NCBI GenBank assembly: GCA_045534395.1
Contig: JAZSJP010000111.1
Location: forward strand, 1-42,525
DNA length: 42,525 bases
Direction: 5' to 3'
Origin: Eubacteriales bacterium
GTDB taxonomy: Bacteria; Bacillota; Clostridia; Oscillospirales; UBA644
The notes below the pieces were generated by a model, which was not told the DNA's origin, ran no database searches, and saw nothing but the letters and a program-made list of their open reading frames with translations. Positions 19,099 to 27,269 of the stretch are shown here, piece by piece; the first letter of the stretch is position 1; each line of letters begins with the position of its first letter. Position numbers and translations under genes: made by a program.

Positions 19099-20046
19099 AT
19101 GGAAAACACTATTTTATTTGAATCTGCTCCCGCTTTTTCCGTCCCCTGTGACGTGGTGGACAGGCATCTCAACGCTCCCGAAGTGGAATTGCGACTGATT
19201 TTGTTGTTGTTGCGCAATGCCAACGCCGCTTTTTTGAAGGAAGACTTGCTTCGTACTCTCTCCGTGGACGAGCCTCGGTTGGAAGAAGCTTTCGGATATT
19301 GGGTCAAGGCGGGCGTTCTCTTCCGCGTGGGTGGAAAATATACCCTGCAGAGACCTCAACTGAAGGCGTCGGACTTCATGACCTATCACCCCGATACCGT
19401 CGCACGGCGGTTGGAAGGGGATACAGCGTTGCAATTCCTTTACAAAGAAGCCGAAACCGCTCTGAAAAAGCCTCTTACTTCTGCCGATGCGTCTCTGATT
19501 TTGTCTTTGGTGGATTGGTGCGGACTTCCGGCGGAAGTGGTGGCGCTCTTGATTCGTTACGGGGGAGACAACGGAAAATCCTTGCGTCAAATGGCGCAGA
19601 CCGGTGTTAAATGGGCGGACGACGGTGTCAAGACTTTTGAACAGGCAGAAGAGTTGATCCGTCAGGAGACCGAACGGAAAAACACCGTCAACCGCATTGC
19701 CGCCCGCTTTGGGATTCTGGGCACTCGTGCCCTGTCCGAGGCGGAGTGCAAGACCTTCCTGAAATGGAAAAACGAGTTGGGTTACGATTTGGACATGATC
19801 GGACTCGCCTATGAAGAAACGGTGAAAAATACCGGAAAATACGCATATCCCTACATAGATAAAATCCTTGTTATGTGGCACGATGCCGGGTATCGTACCC
19901 CCGACGAGGTTGCCGCGGCTCCCAAGCCGGAACAAAAACCCCAAAAGCGCACCCCTGCCCGCCGCAGTACGGCAAACAATCCCCGAAAATCCGCCGTCGC
20001 CAACGACGCGCTGGATTTAGCGTGGGAAATTGTGGGAGGAGAATGA
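19099..20046 (+). CDS. DnaD-domain replication/primosome protein (DnaB/DnaD-like)
   Basis: 315 aa with two DnaD-like repeats (SLILSLVDWCGLPAEVVALLIRYG and YPYIDKILVMWHDAGYRTPDEV). A DnaI/DnaC-like loader follows immediately. Confidence 0.78.
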   Translation: MENTILFESAPAFSVPCDVVDRHLNAPEVELRLILLLLRNANAAFLKEDLLRTLSVDEPRLEEAFGYWVKAGVLFRVGGKYTLQRPQLKASDFMTYHPDTVARRLEGDTALQFLYKEAETALKKPLTSADASLILSLVDWCGLPAEVVALLIRYGGDNGKSLRQMAQTGVKWADDGVKTFEQAEELIRQETERKNTVNRIAARFGILGTRALSEAECKTFLKWKNELGYDLDMIGLAYEETVKNTGKYAYPYIDKILVMWHDAGYRTPDEVAAAPKPEQKPQKRTPARRSTANNPRKSAVANDALDLAWEIVGGE

Positions 20047-20047
20047 T

Positions 20048-21022
20048 ATGAACAAAAATAAATGTCTGGACGCGGTCAACCAGCTGATGGAAGACCGCCG
20101 CACTCAGGGAAAAATCGAGGAAAACCGCCGTCGGGAAGAAATTTCCGCCGCCGTTCCCGCCATTGCCGCAAAGGAACGGGAGTTGCAGGAAAATCACGCC
20201 GCTTTTTTCCGCTTCATTGCAGAACGGGACGACAGTGAAGAAAAATTCATGGAATTCCGCGAAAAGTCCTTGTCTCTTCAGGCGGAAATTCAATCCCTTT
20301 TGGTGCAAAACGGCTATCCCGCCGACTACCTCGACCCCGTGCATCATTGCAACTTGTGTTTTGACGAGGGCGTCGTGGACGGAGAACTGTGCGCTTGTTA
20401 CAAGCAAGCGTTGTCGGAACAATATCTCAAAGAATCGGGCATGAGTGCCCTGTTCCACGGTTCGTCCTTTGCCAAGTACGATTTGTCCCTCTATCCCGAA
20501 GAGGCGCGGGCAAAGATGAAAAAATTAGTGGACTTTTCCAAAAAATACGTAGAGACCTTCGGGGAAGAGTCTCAAAATCTCCTTTTTGTGGGAGAGCCCG
20601 GGTGCGGAAAGACCTTTTTGTCGGTCTGCATTGGTTGTGAGTTGATTCGCACGGGAAAATTCGTTCTCTACGCTCCCGTTCAGGAATTGTTGAACGATTT
20701 TGAGGCCGCTACCTTCCGCAACAAAGAGGCGGGACTGCCCACCGACGATTATTTGGAAGCCGACCTTTTGATTATTGACGATCTGGGTACGGAATTTTAT
20801 TCTTCCTTTGTGGAATCGACGCTGTATTCGGTCATCAACACCCGATTGACCCGCAAAAAGCCCACGTTAATCAGCACCAACCTTTCCATTGAAGACCGCG
20901 GGGAATGTTACGCTTCCCGTCTCAATTCCCGCCTGACCTATTCCTTCTTGAATTTGGATTTTCCCGACGCCGACCTGCGGGCGGAAAATCTTCGACGCAA
21001 AGTTGCCCGGAAAAGGAAATAA
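20048..21022 (+). CDS. dnaI: DnaI/DnaC-like helicase loader AAA+ ATPase
   Basis: The ATG follows ggaggagaatgat. N-terminal Cys pairs (HHCNLCFDEG...CACY), Walker A GEPGCGKTFL, Walker B LLIIDDLG. Confidence 0.85.
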   Translation: MNKNKCLDAVNQLMEDRRTQGKIEENRRREEISAAVPAIAAKERELQENHAAFFRFIAERDDSEEKFMEFREKSLSLQAEIQSLLVQNGYPADYLDPVHHCNLCFDEGVVDGELCACYKQALSEQYLKESGMSALFHGSSFAKYDLSLYPEEARAKMKKLVDFSKKYVETFGEESQNLLFVGEPGCGKTFLSVCIGCELIRTGKFVLYAPVQELLNDFEAATFRNKEAGLPTDDYLEADLLIIDDLGTEFYSSFVESTLYSVINTRLTRKKPTLISTNLSIEDRGECYASRLNSRLTYSFLNLDFPDADLRAENLRRKVARKRK

Positions 21023-21026
21023 CCCG

Positions 21027-21302
21027 ATGAAAAGAATGCTCTTTCTCCTTTGGGGATTGTTGCGTCGCCACGCCAGCTTCCTTTTTTGCGAGACCGATTC
21101 GGACGAATTCCTTTTGATTCGCGCTCTGCGCCCGCTGTTCGCCAAGGTCGTCGCGGAAGAGATTCCTGCGTCGGAACGTCAAGCCGTTGCTTGCGGAAAA
21201 AGCACCCTCTTTTCGGTACGCTTTCCCCAAATTCTGAAATTTTCCCAATTTGAACTTCCCTTTTACGGTTCCGCCGTTCGTGCGCCACCGCAGAATGCCT
21301 GA
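21027..21302 (+). CDS. Hypothetical small protein (weak call)
   Basis: 91 codons from the ATG after aaggaaataacccg, filling an otherwise empty 317-bp gap. Composition resembles neighbouring genes. No family recognised. Confidence 0.3.
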   Translation: MKRMLFLLWGLLRRHASFLFCETDSDEFLLIRALRPLFAKVVAEEIPASERQAVACGKSTLFSVRFPQILKFSQFELPFYGSAVRAPPQNA

Positions 21303-21339
21303 TTTCCACAAAATATAAAGAAAGAAATTAGGTGTTTTT

Positions 21340-22314
21340 ATGTCTTGGTTTATTTTTGCCATTTTGGCATTGTTCTGTTGGAGCGGTTCCGACCTGTTCT
21401 CCAAAATCGGTTGTTCCGAAGAAAAAGATAAGCACGCCCATCTGCGCATGGTAATTGCCGTGGGTGCCATCATGGGACTTCACGCCCTGTACGAAATCAT
21501 TTTCGGCGGCGTCGTTATTACTCCCCAAGTGCTTTTGGCGTATCTTCCCGTTTCCCTGTTGTACATATTCTCCATGATTTTGGGATACGTGGGACTTCGC
21601 TATATCGAGTTGTCCATTTCCTCTCCCATCTGTAACTGCAGCGGTGCCTTGGTTGCTGTTCTGTGCATCGTTATGGGCATGACGGAAATCTCCGCATTGC
21701 AAATTATTGCCGTTGCTTTGATTTGCGTGGGCGTCATTTCTTTGGGCGTGGTCGAAGCCACCGAAGACGAGGAATTGCGTGCCCGCCGTCAGGAGAAATC
21801 CAATCGGAAATATGCAAAATCTTGGCTGGCTCTCTGCTTGCCCATCGCCTACTGCCTGTTGGACGCTTTGGGTTCCTTTGCGGATTCCTTGGTGCTGGCA
21901 GACCCCACCGACCCCGAGACGATGGCGGGAATCCCCACCTTCCTGCAGGGCTTGGTTCAGGGATTGAACGAAGACAGCGCCAACGTTGCTTACGAGCTGA
22001 CCTTCTTGGCTGCCGGTTTGATTTGTTTGGTCTATTTGTGGGCCAAAAACGACCTGCAAAGACCCAAAAAAGCAGCGCCCCGCTTCTTGGGCGGTATCTT
22101 TGAAACCGCCGGACAGTTTGCCTACATTTACGCTTTGGCAGATACGGAACACGTTGCCATGGCAGCCCCCATTATTTCTGCGTACTGTGTTGCAAGCGTT
22201 CTTTGGAGCCGCATTTTCCTGAAAGAAAAATTGTCTTGGAAGCATTACCTTTCCGTAGGACTTGCCATCGCCGGCATTGTTGTTTTGGGCGTTTTGGAAG
22301 GGATGGAAGGTTAA
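21340..22314 (+). CDS. DMT-superfamily (EamA-like) transporter
   Basis: 324 aa, about 10 hydrophobic helices. N terminus FIFAILALFCWSGSDLFSKIG is typical of EamA-type permeases. Confidence 0.78.
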   Translation: MSWFIFAILALFCWSGSDLFSKIGCSEEKDKHAHLRMVIAVGAIMGLHALYEIIFGGVVITPQVLLAYLPVSLLYIFSMILGYVGLRYIELSISSPICNCSGALVAVLCIVMGMTEISALQIIAVALICVGVISLGVVEATEDEELRARRQEKSNRKYAKSWLALCLPIAYCLLDALGSFADSLVLADPTDPETMAGIPTFLQGLVQGLNEDSANVAYELTFLAAGLICLVYLWAKNDLQRPKKAAPRFLGGIFETAGQFAYIYALADTEHVAMAAPIISAYCVASVLWSRIFLKEKLSWKHYLSVGLAIAGIVVLGVLEGMEG

Positions 22315-22344
22315 AAAATTTGTGTTGGATAACGGAAGGCTATT

Positions 22345-22653
22345 ATGGCAGAAATCCTTGAAATCATAATGATTGTCAGCTTCGGAGTTTCCTGGCCCAT
22401 GAACGTGATCAAATCTTACCGAGCGCGAACGACCAAGGGCAAGAGTCTTGCGTTCATGTTGCTCATTTTGTTTGGCTACGTGGCGGGCATTACGTCCAAA
22501 TTCGTCAACGAGGCGTATATGGCAAGCTTTGCGCAAAAATGGTACGTTTTGGTGTTCTACATACTGAATTTCGTTATGGTTAGTGTGGATCTTGCCTTGT
22601 ACGTGCGCAACCGCAAGCTGGATCGGAAACGAGCCGCGGGGGAAGAGGTTTAA
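22345..22653 (+). CDS. Small three-helix membrane protein, PQ-loop/SemiSWEET-like
   Basis: 102 aa. The first helix ends in SWPMNVIKSYRARTTKGKS, resembling the SemiSWEET F-L-P-Q...K...S pattern with PM replacing PQ. Confidence 0.45.
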   Translation: MAEILEIIMIVSFGVSWPMNVIKSYRARTTKGKSLAFMLLILFGYVAGITSKFVNEAYMASFAQKWYVLVFYILNFVMVSVDLALYVRNRKLDRKRAAGEEV

Positions 22654-22791
22654 GGGAGGAATCCCGTCGGGTACACTTCTCAATTGCTTCCCCGATCTGA
22701 ATACGCCCGCCACCGAAGATAAAATCTCCATTGCCGGGGCGTGTGTGGCGTCTTTTGCGCCGATCTTCCCGACCGAACGGAACTTTGTATG

Positions 22792-22831
22792 AAAAAATAT
22801 CCCTTGCCGTATGGCAAGGGATATTCGTTTT
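22792..22831. terminator. Bidirectional terminator between convergent genes
   Basis: aaaaaatatcccttgcc-gtat-ggcaagggatatt-cgtttt. The stem is flanked by an A-run and a T-run. Confidence 0.8.
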
Positions 22832-22839
22832 CATATAAA

Positions 22840-23136
22840 TCAGTCGGCAGAGTAGGGAAGAAGTCCCAGCTGACGGGCACGTTTGATGGCCTCGGTCAGG
22901 GCTCTCTGATGGTACGCGCAGGTAGCGGTAACGCGACGGGGCAGAATCTTGCCTCTTTCGCTCATGAACTTGCGCAGTTTTGCAACGTCTTTATAATCGA
23001 TGGTGCAGTTGGGGTCGGCACAGAATTGGCAGACCTTTTTGCGGGGCTTTCTCTTGAAATCCCGAGGAGCTCTCTCAGCGCGTTCTGCGGGAGCAGCGGC
23101 AGGAGCCTGAACGGGAGCAACAGTATTATTCTCCAT
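22840..23136 (-). CDS. rpsR: 30S ribosomal protein S18
   Basis: KKVCQFC...[50 protein letters not shown]. Confidence 0.95.
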   Translation of the reverse strand: MENNTVAPVQAPAAAPAERAERAPRDFKRKPRKKVCQFCADPNCTIDYKDVAKLRKFMSERGKILPRRVTATCAYHQRALTEAIKRARQLGLLPYSAD

Positions 23137-23167
23137 GTGGAAATCTCCTTTGTAAATTCATGCTTCC

Positions 23168-23626
23168 TTAGAAGGGCAGTTCCGCATCGTTTCCGTCTAC
23201 GTCCTTAATATCGGAGAAGAAATCGGAGTTAGATGCATTGGAAAATCCTTCCCGGTCGCCGGTTGCGGGAGCAACGGCGGAAGCGGAACCGGAATCGCGG
23301 TTTTTGGACTCTCCGAATTGCAACTCGTCTACAATAACCCGAGTCGTGCGCCGATTGTGGCCTTCCTTGTCCTTCCATTGATCGACCTGGATATTACCGA
23401 AGACGATGATGGAAGAGCCTTTGCGGAAGTATTTGCTCAAAAATTCGGCGTTGCGGTTGAAGGCGGTGCAGTCGATGAAATCCACCTGACGTTCGTTGGA
23501 TTCTTTACTGACGTAGCGGCGATTCACGGCAACGGTGAACTGCACGATGGAGACGTTGTTTGCAGAGGTTTTCAGTTCGGGGTCTGCGGTGAGTCGGCCC
23601 ATGAGGATCACTTTGTTAATGTTCAT
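23168..23626 (-). CDS. ssb: Single-stranded DNA-binding protein
   Basis: MNINKVILMGRLTADPELK OB fold and acidic tip ending DAELPF. Confidence 0.95.
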   Translation of the reverse strand: MNINKVILMGRLTADPELKTSANNVSIVQFTVAVNRRYVSKESNERQVDFIDCTAFNRNAEFLSKYFRKGSSIIVFGNIQVDQWKDKEGHNRRTTRVIVDELQFGESKNRDSGSASAVAPATGDREGFSNASNSDFFSDIKDVDGNDAELPF

Positions 23627-23664
23627 GCGGGAATCGCTCCTTTCGGATGTTAAGTTTTGTGTGC

Positions 23665-23961
23665 TTATTTATCGGTTCTCACGACGAGAGAACGAAGCAC
23701 GCCATCGGTAATGCGGTAATTACGTTCCAACTCAGCGGGGAAGGTCACGTCTGCGGTGAAGTTGATGAGAACGTAGTAGGCTTCGGTCTCGTAATTTACG
23801 GCGTAAGCCATTCTCTTCTTGCCCCAAACGTCGACGTTGTCGATGGTGGCACCGTTGTCGGTCATCAATTTCTTGAATTTTTCCACAACACCGTTGAGGG
23901 CTTCTTCATCAGCGTAGGTCTTGACACTGAGTGCGAATACGGTTTCGTACTTTGCAGTCAT
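23665..23961 (-). CDS. rpsF: 30S ribosomal protein S6
   Basis: 98 aa (YETVFAL...WGKKRMAY), at the head of the conserved rpsF-ssb-rpsR order. Confidence 0.93.
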   Translation of the reverse strand: MTAKYETVFALSVKTYADEEALNGVVEKFKKLMTDNGATIDNVDVWGKKRMAYAVNYETEAYYVLINFTADVTFPAELERNYRITDGVLRSLVVRTDK

Positions 23962-24062
23962 TTTTCATACCTCCTTATGGACTCGGCGAAATCGCCTGTA
24001 AGGCCCGCGAATGTTTCGCGAGCAAGGAAACAGCCGACGAACCTTTTCCGTCGGTATCGTAT

Positions 24063-24091
24063 ATTATACCTTATTTAAAAGAAAAAGTCAA
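24063..24091 (-). promoter_or_regulatory. Sigma-70-type promoter of rpsF-ssb-rpsR
   Basis: On the minus strand: TTGACT, 17 nt, TATAAT. This leaves a leader of about 95 nt before rpsF. Confidence 0.6.
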
Positions 24092-24146
24092 GATAGTTCA
24101 AAGAAAGTTCGATTTTCTCGCGATATCTCTAAGGAAGAAATTCTTT

Positions 24147-24806
24147 TTATAGCAATTTAAACTGATTTTTTTTGAATTCAAGGAGCCCTTCGTCACGCAT
24201 TTTGCAAAGCTCCTTTGACATGGCGCTTCGGTCCACCGACAGGAAATCCGCAAGTTGTTGACGGTTGAAAGGAATGGTAAAATTTGAACTGTTCTGTCGC
24301 TTGGCTTCCTCGGAAAAATAGGAGATGAGTTTTTCTCTCGTGGTGCGTTTGGAGATATGCCCCAACTTCTGCACCAACGTCCGATTCTTTTCTGAGATTG
24401 CAAAAAACAGATTTTGCACTACCATAGAATGAAACCTGCAAGCGGCGGAGCAGACGGTAAGGATTTTCTCCACGTCAAAAAAGATAACGGAACTGTCTTC
24501 AACGGCTACCACGTCGTTGAGCAACCCACCGCTTTCGGGCGTTGCGTAGGATTCTCCGAACATTTCGCCTACGGCAATACGGTTGACGATGGTTCGATTT
24601 CCCCAATAATCATCTTGCTGAACGTGAAGTTCGCCCTTCACAAGCACCGTAAGGTAATTCAGACGCTCCCCTTGGTGAAATACGTATACGTCCTTTTGGT
24701 AGGCGTGCAATTTTGCATCAAGACAGGACAACATAGCGCCGATTTCTTCCTCGGCAACCCCTGAAAATAGTTTGGTTCGTTTCAGTATGGGGATATATTT
24801 TTTCAT
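24147..24806 (-). CDS. Crp/Fnr-family transcriptional regulator
   Basis: Starts MKKYIPILKRTKLFSGV. Contains a cNMP-binding-like beta-roll and a C-terminal HTH (QQLADFLSVDRSAMSKELCKMRDEGL). The ORF-track start at 24941 is an upstream extension. Confidence 0.88.
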   Translation of the reverse strand: MKKYIPILKRTKLFSGVAEEEIGAMLSCLDAKLHAYQKDVYVFHQGERLNYLTVLVKGELHVQQDDYWGNRTIVNRIAVGEMFGESYATPESGGLLNDVVAVEDSSVIFFDVEKILTVCSAACRFHSMVVQNLFFAISEKNRTLVQKLGHISKRTTREKLISYFSEEAKRQNSSNFTIPFNRQQLADFLSVDRSAMSKELCKMRDEGLLEFKKNQFKLL

Positions 24807-24900
24807 AAAAATCTCTTTCCGTTGCAAAAACAACCGACTTGTTTCTTTTATTGTACTATAATAAGGGTGTAATGTCAAGAGCCTCGAAAGGAGATTTTCA

Positions 24901-25596
24901 ATGATTCGAAAAATTATCAAAATCGACGAAGAAAAATGCAACGGTTGCGGTGCTTGTGCCGCCGCTTGTCACGAAGGTGCCATCGAAATGGTAAACGGAA
25001 AGGCTCGTCTCACCCGGGAAGATTACTGTGACGGGCTCGGCGATTGTTTGCCCGCCTGCCCCGTGGACGCCATATCCTTTGAGGAGCGGGAAGCTCCTGC
25101 TTATGACGAGGTCGCCGTTCTCGCGTCCAAGTCCAAGAAAAAAGACACCTTGCCTTGCGGGTGCCCCGGGACGCAGTCGGGGTCCATTCAGCGTGAAGAA
25201 CGCTCTTGCTCTGCCGTAAGTACCCACGCAGACAGTCAACTGTCTCAATGGCCTGTTCAGATAAAACTTGTCCCCGTAAACGCTCCCTATTTTAACGAGG
25301 CAAAATTGCTTATCGCGGCGGACTGCACCGCCTACGCATACGGCAATTTCCATAAGGATTTCATTCGCGGCCGAGTCGCCCTGATCGGGTGCCCCAAACT
25401 CGACGAGGGAGACTACGCCGAAAAACTCTCGGCGATTCTCTCCAACAACGATATCAAAAGCGTGACCGTCGTCCGTATGGAAGTCCCTTGCTGCGGCGGA
25501 ATTGAGAACGCCGTCAAGCGCGCCCTTATGGCAAGCAAAAAAATGATTCCTTGGAACGTCGTCACCATCTCCACGGACGGAAGAATCTTGGATTAA
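24901..25596 (+). CDS. 4Fe-4S dicluster ferredoxin-domain protein
   Basis: CNGCGACAAACHEGA and CDGLGDCLPACPVDA cluster motifs at the N terminus. The C-terminal Cys-containing domain is of unknown function. Divergent from the Crp/Fnr gene. Confidence 0.85.
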   Translation: MIRKIIKIDEEKCNGCGACAAACHEGAIEMVNGKARLTREDYCDGLGDCLPACPVDAISFEEREAPAYDEVAVLASKSKKKDTLPCGCPGTQSGSIQREERSCSAVSTHADSQLSQWPVQIKLVPVNAPYFNEAKLLIAADCTAYAYGNFHKDFIRGRVALIGCPKLDEGDYAEKLSAILSNNDIKSVTVVRMEVPCCGGIENAVKRALMASKKMIPWNVVTISTDGRILD

Positions 25597-25598
25597 CG

Positions 25599-25634
25599 GC
25601 AAGAAGCGACACAATTGTGCCGCTTCTTTTTTAT
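25599..25634 (+). terminator. Rho-independent terminator
   Basis: aagaagcgacac-aatt-gtgccgcttctt followed by ttttt. Confidence 0.85.
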
Positions 25635-25664
25635 ACCCACAAGAATTCGGTTTATCTGCAAAAA

Positions 25665-26465
25665 TTATCCGATCTGCGTAATAACGAGATGCGCAGAAAC
25701 CGGCCGCGTCCCGCCGGCAAGGGGGGTAATGGTTAATGCGGCGGCAGTGCCTGCAGGATTTCGAACCGTCAGAATCGAGTTGATAGCGGTAGTTGTTACA
25801 ATTGCCATGCCTACGATTTGCGAAGCACCCGTAGCCCTGCCGACGACGGGGTATGCCAAATCCTCTCCGTTCAAAGTCAGTAGTAATTGACCCGCCTCAT
25901 CAACACTCACCTCAAACAGAATCTGATAGGTTCCGATCTGTGCCAAATTAAATGAATCCGGCCCGGTTCTGGAAATATCAGACCCGCTGTTCGGACCGTC
26001 TTGCGGGAAACTGACGTCAGTGCCCGGTGCCACGGTTGCCGCGTTATCGGGGGGCATCAGCGCATAGAAATCTGCATAGTTCAGCACGCCGCCGGCAGGG
26101 CCTTGAGGACCGGTCTCCCCAATAGGCCCTTGCGGACCAATAGGACCGGGTTCCCCTGCAGGCCCTTGCGGACCCGATATGCCGGGAAAACCTCTTGGAC
26201 CAATCGGACTTTGCGGGCCGGGAACTCCGGGCAATCCTCTTGGTCCCATAGGACCCGGCATTCCTCTTGGACCGACAGGTCCTTGCGGTCCGGGCGGACA
26301 TTTGAAACAATCACAGTCGCGGGGACCTTCCTCTCTACGGGAATCTTTTGGGAAACCGCAGTCACAAGCTCGTTTATCATCGTCACGATCTTTCTGACGG
26401 CGATTTCCATTATCGTTTTCTCGTCGGTTATTATTGTTATTATAAAAATTCCATTTGTTCATCAT
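25665..26465 (-). CDS. Collagen-like repeat protein with a BclA-type C-terminal globular domain
   Basis: The ATG follows aggaggtgagg. N-terminal region is rich in Asn/Arg/Asp and Cys (CDC...CDCFKC). It has 21 G-X-Y triplets with one S-P-I interruption (about 26091-26291). The C-terminal ~140 aa ([16 protein letters not shown]...LTLNG...TVRNP) resembles the exosporium BclA/C1q-like domain. Confidence 0.8.
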   Translation of the reverse strand: MMNKWNFYNNNNNRRENDNGNRRQKDRDDDKRACDCGFPKDSRREEGPRDCDCFKCPPGPQGPVGPRGMPGPMGPRGLPGVPGPQSPIGPRGFPGISGPQGPAGEPGPIGPQGPIGETGPQGPAGGVLNYADFYALMPPDNAATVAPGTDVSFPQDGPNSGSDISRTGPDSFNLAQIGTYQILFEVSVDEAGQLLLTLNGEDLAYPVVGRATGASQIVGMAIVTTTAINSILTVRNPAGTAAALTITPLAGGTRPVSAHLVITQIG

Positions 26466-26854
26466 CCTCACCTCCTCAGTTCTATAATATTTTATGTCGT
26501 AACGGTATGGCGCTTAAACCGTTCAACAATGGAAAAAACGTTGATTTTGATTGTTTATTGATGATTTTTAAACAATCGACCCAACGAAAAAATGAAGGAA
26601 TTAGATACGTTGTCTCAGTTGGGCAGTACTATGGTAATGAACTTCCATTCCACGGAGGCAAAATAAAGACGATGGTAAAAAAGTGGGAACATGAAGAATA
26701 AGCAAATTGTATCTCCGAGCAATATTGAGGAAGATGATCAGAAAAATGTTACCAAACTTTTTTTAAGCCAATCTTCCGTTTTGACAAATGTTTGGTCCGA
26801 AAGAGGCGGAAAAGTAAGGGAAAAAGCGGAAAACATTTGTCAAGGTAAAAAATG

Positions 26855-26890
26855 AAAGGCGATAAAATCGTTGATTTCATCGCCTTTTTT
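26855..26890. terminator. Bidirectional terminator hairpin
   Basis: aaaggcgat-(15 nt)-atcgccttt, followed by tttttt on the plus strand and by cattttttt on the minus strand. Confidence 0.7.
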
Positions 26891-26987
26891 GCAGGGGCAC
26901 CAGGGATCGACCTGCTCTGCGGAGCAGGCCGGGGCGCGGCTCTGACAGTCCACCGGACTGTCATTCACTTCCTCGCCCGTTCGATCC
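26891..26987 (-). ncRNA. Unassigned structured RNA candidate whose 3' part resembles the 3' end of tRNA-Trp
   Basis: It lies between two minus-strand terminators. An outer helix (GGAUCGA/UCGAUCC) encloses a 9-bp hairpin (UGACAGUCC-GGU-GGACUGUCA) and a 7-bp hairpin (CCUGCUC-CGCA-GAGCAGG). The last ~25 nt, CAGGUCGAUCCCUGGUGCCCCUGCA, resemble GGGUUCGAUCCCUACGGCCCCUGCCA of the adjacent tRNA-Trp. Confidence 0.3.
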
Positions 26988-26997
26988 AATTTTTCTC

Positions 26998-27036
26998 TAT
27001 AAAGCAAAGAAATGACCTGCAGCGCAGGTCATTCTT
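26998..27036 (-). terminator. Terminator immediately downstream of tRNA-Trp
   Basis: aatgacctgc-agc-gcaggtcatt with extended flanks. On the minus strand it is followed by ttctttgcttt. Confidence 0.7.
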
Positions 27037-27040
27037 TGTT

Positions 27041-27116
27041 TGGCAGGGGCCGTAGGGATCGAACCCAGGACCCGCGGTTTTGGAGACCGCTGCTCTCCCG
27101 GCTGAGCTATACCCCT
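27041..27116 (-). tRNA. trnW: tRNA-Trp (anticodon CCA), 76 nt with encoded CCA end
   Basis: Minus-strand sequence is AGGGGTATAGCTCAGCCGGGAGAGCAGCGGTCTCCAAAACCGCGGGTCCTGGGTTCGATCCCTACGGCCCCTGCCA. It forms a cloverleaf with anticodon loop CU-CCA-AA. I see an A7:G66 and a C49:C65 mismatch. Confidence 0.88.
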
Positions 27117-27269
27117 GTACAGATTCGGTCTCTATTATAACACAAATTTTTGCTTTTTGCAAGAGGGGAATGTGAATTTTTTATTAAATAAACGTATTTT
27201 GAGCTTCTGTAACGATTTTGACTTATTTGTGTGATAATATAAAAAAAATAAAATTGACGGAGGTTCGTT

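Noticed and set aside
26891-26987. Whether the structured unit downstream of tRNA-Trp is tRNA-Sec, a small SRP RNA, or a known riboswitch aptamer.
   Set aside because: - No acceptor stem can be formed, and there is no UCA anticodon loop.
- The 7-bp hairpin lacks the SRP GGAA tetraloop and AGCA loop motifs.
- I found none of the conserved cores I remember for the ZTP, guanidine, fluoride, c-di-GMP, TPP or glycine classes.

It therefore remains unassigned.
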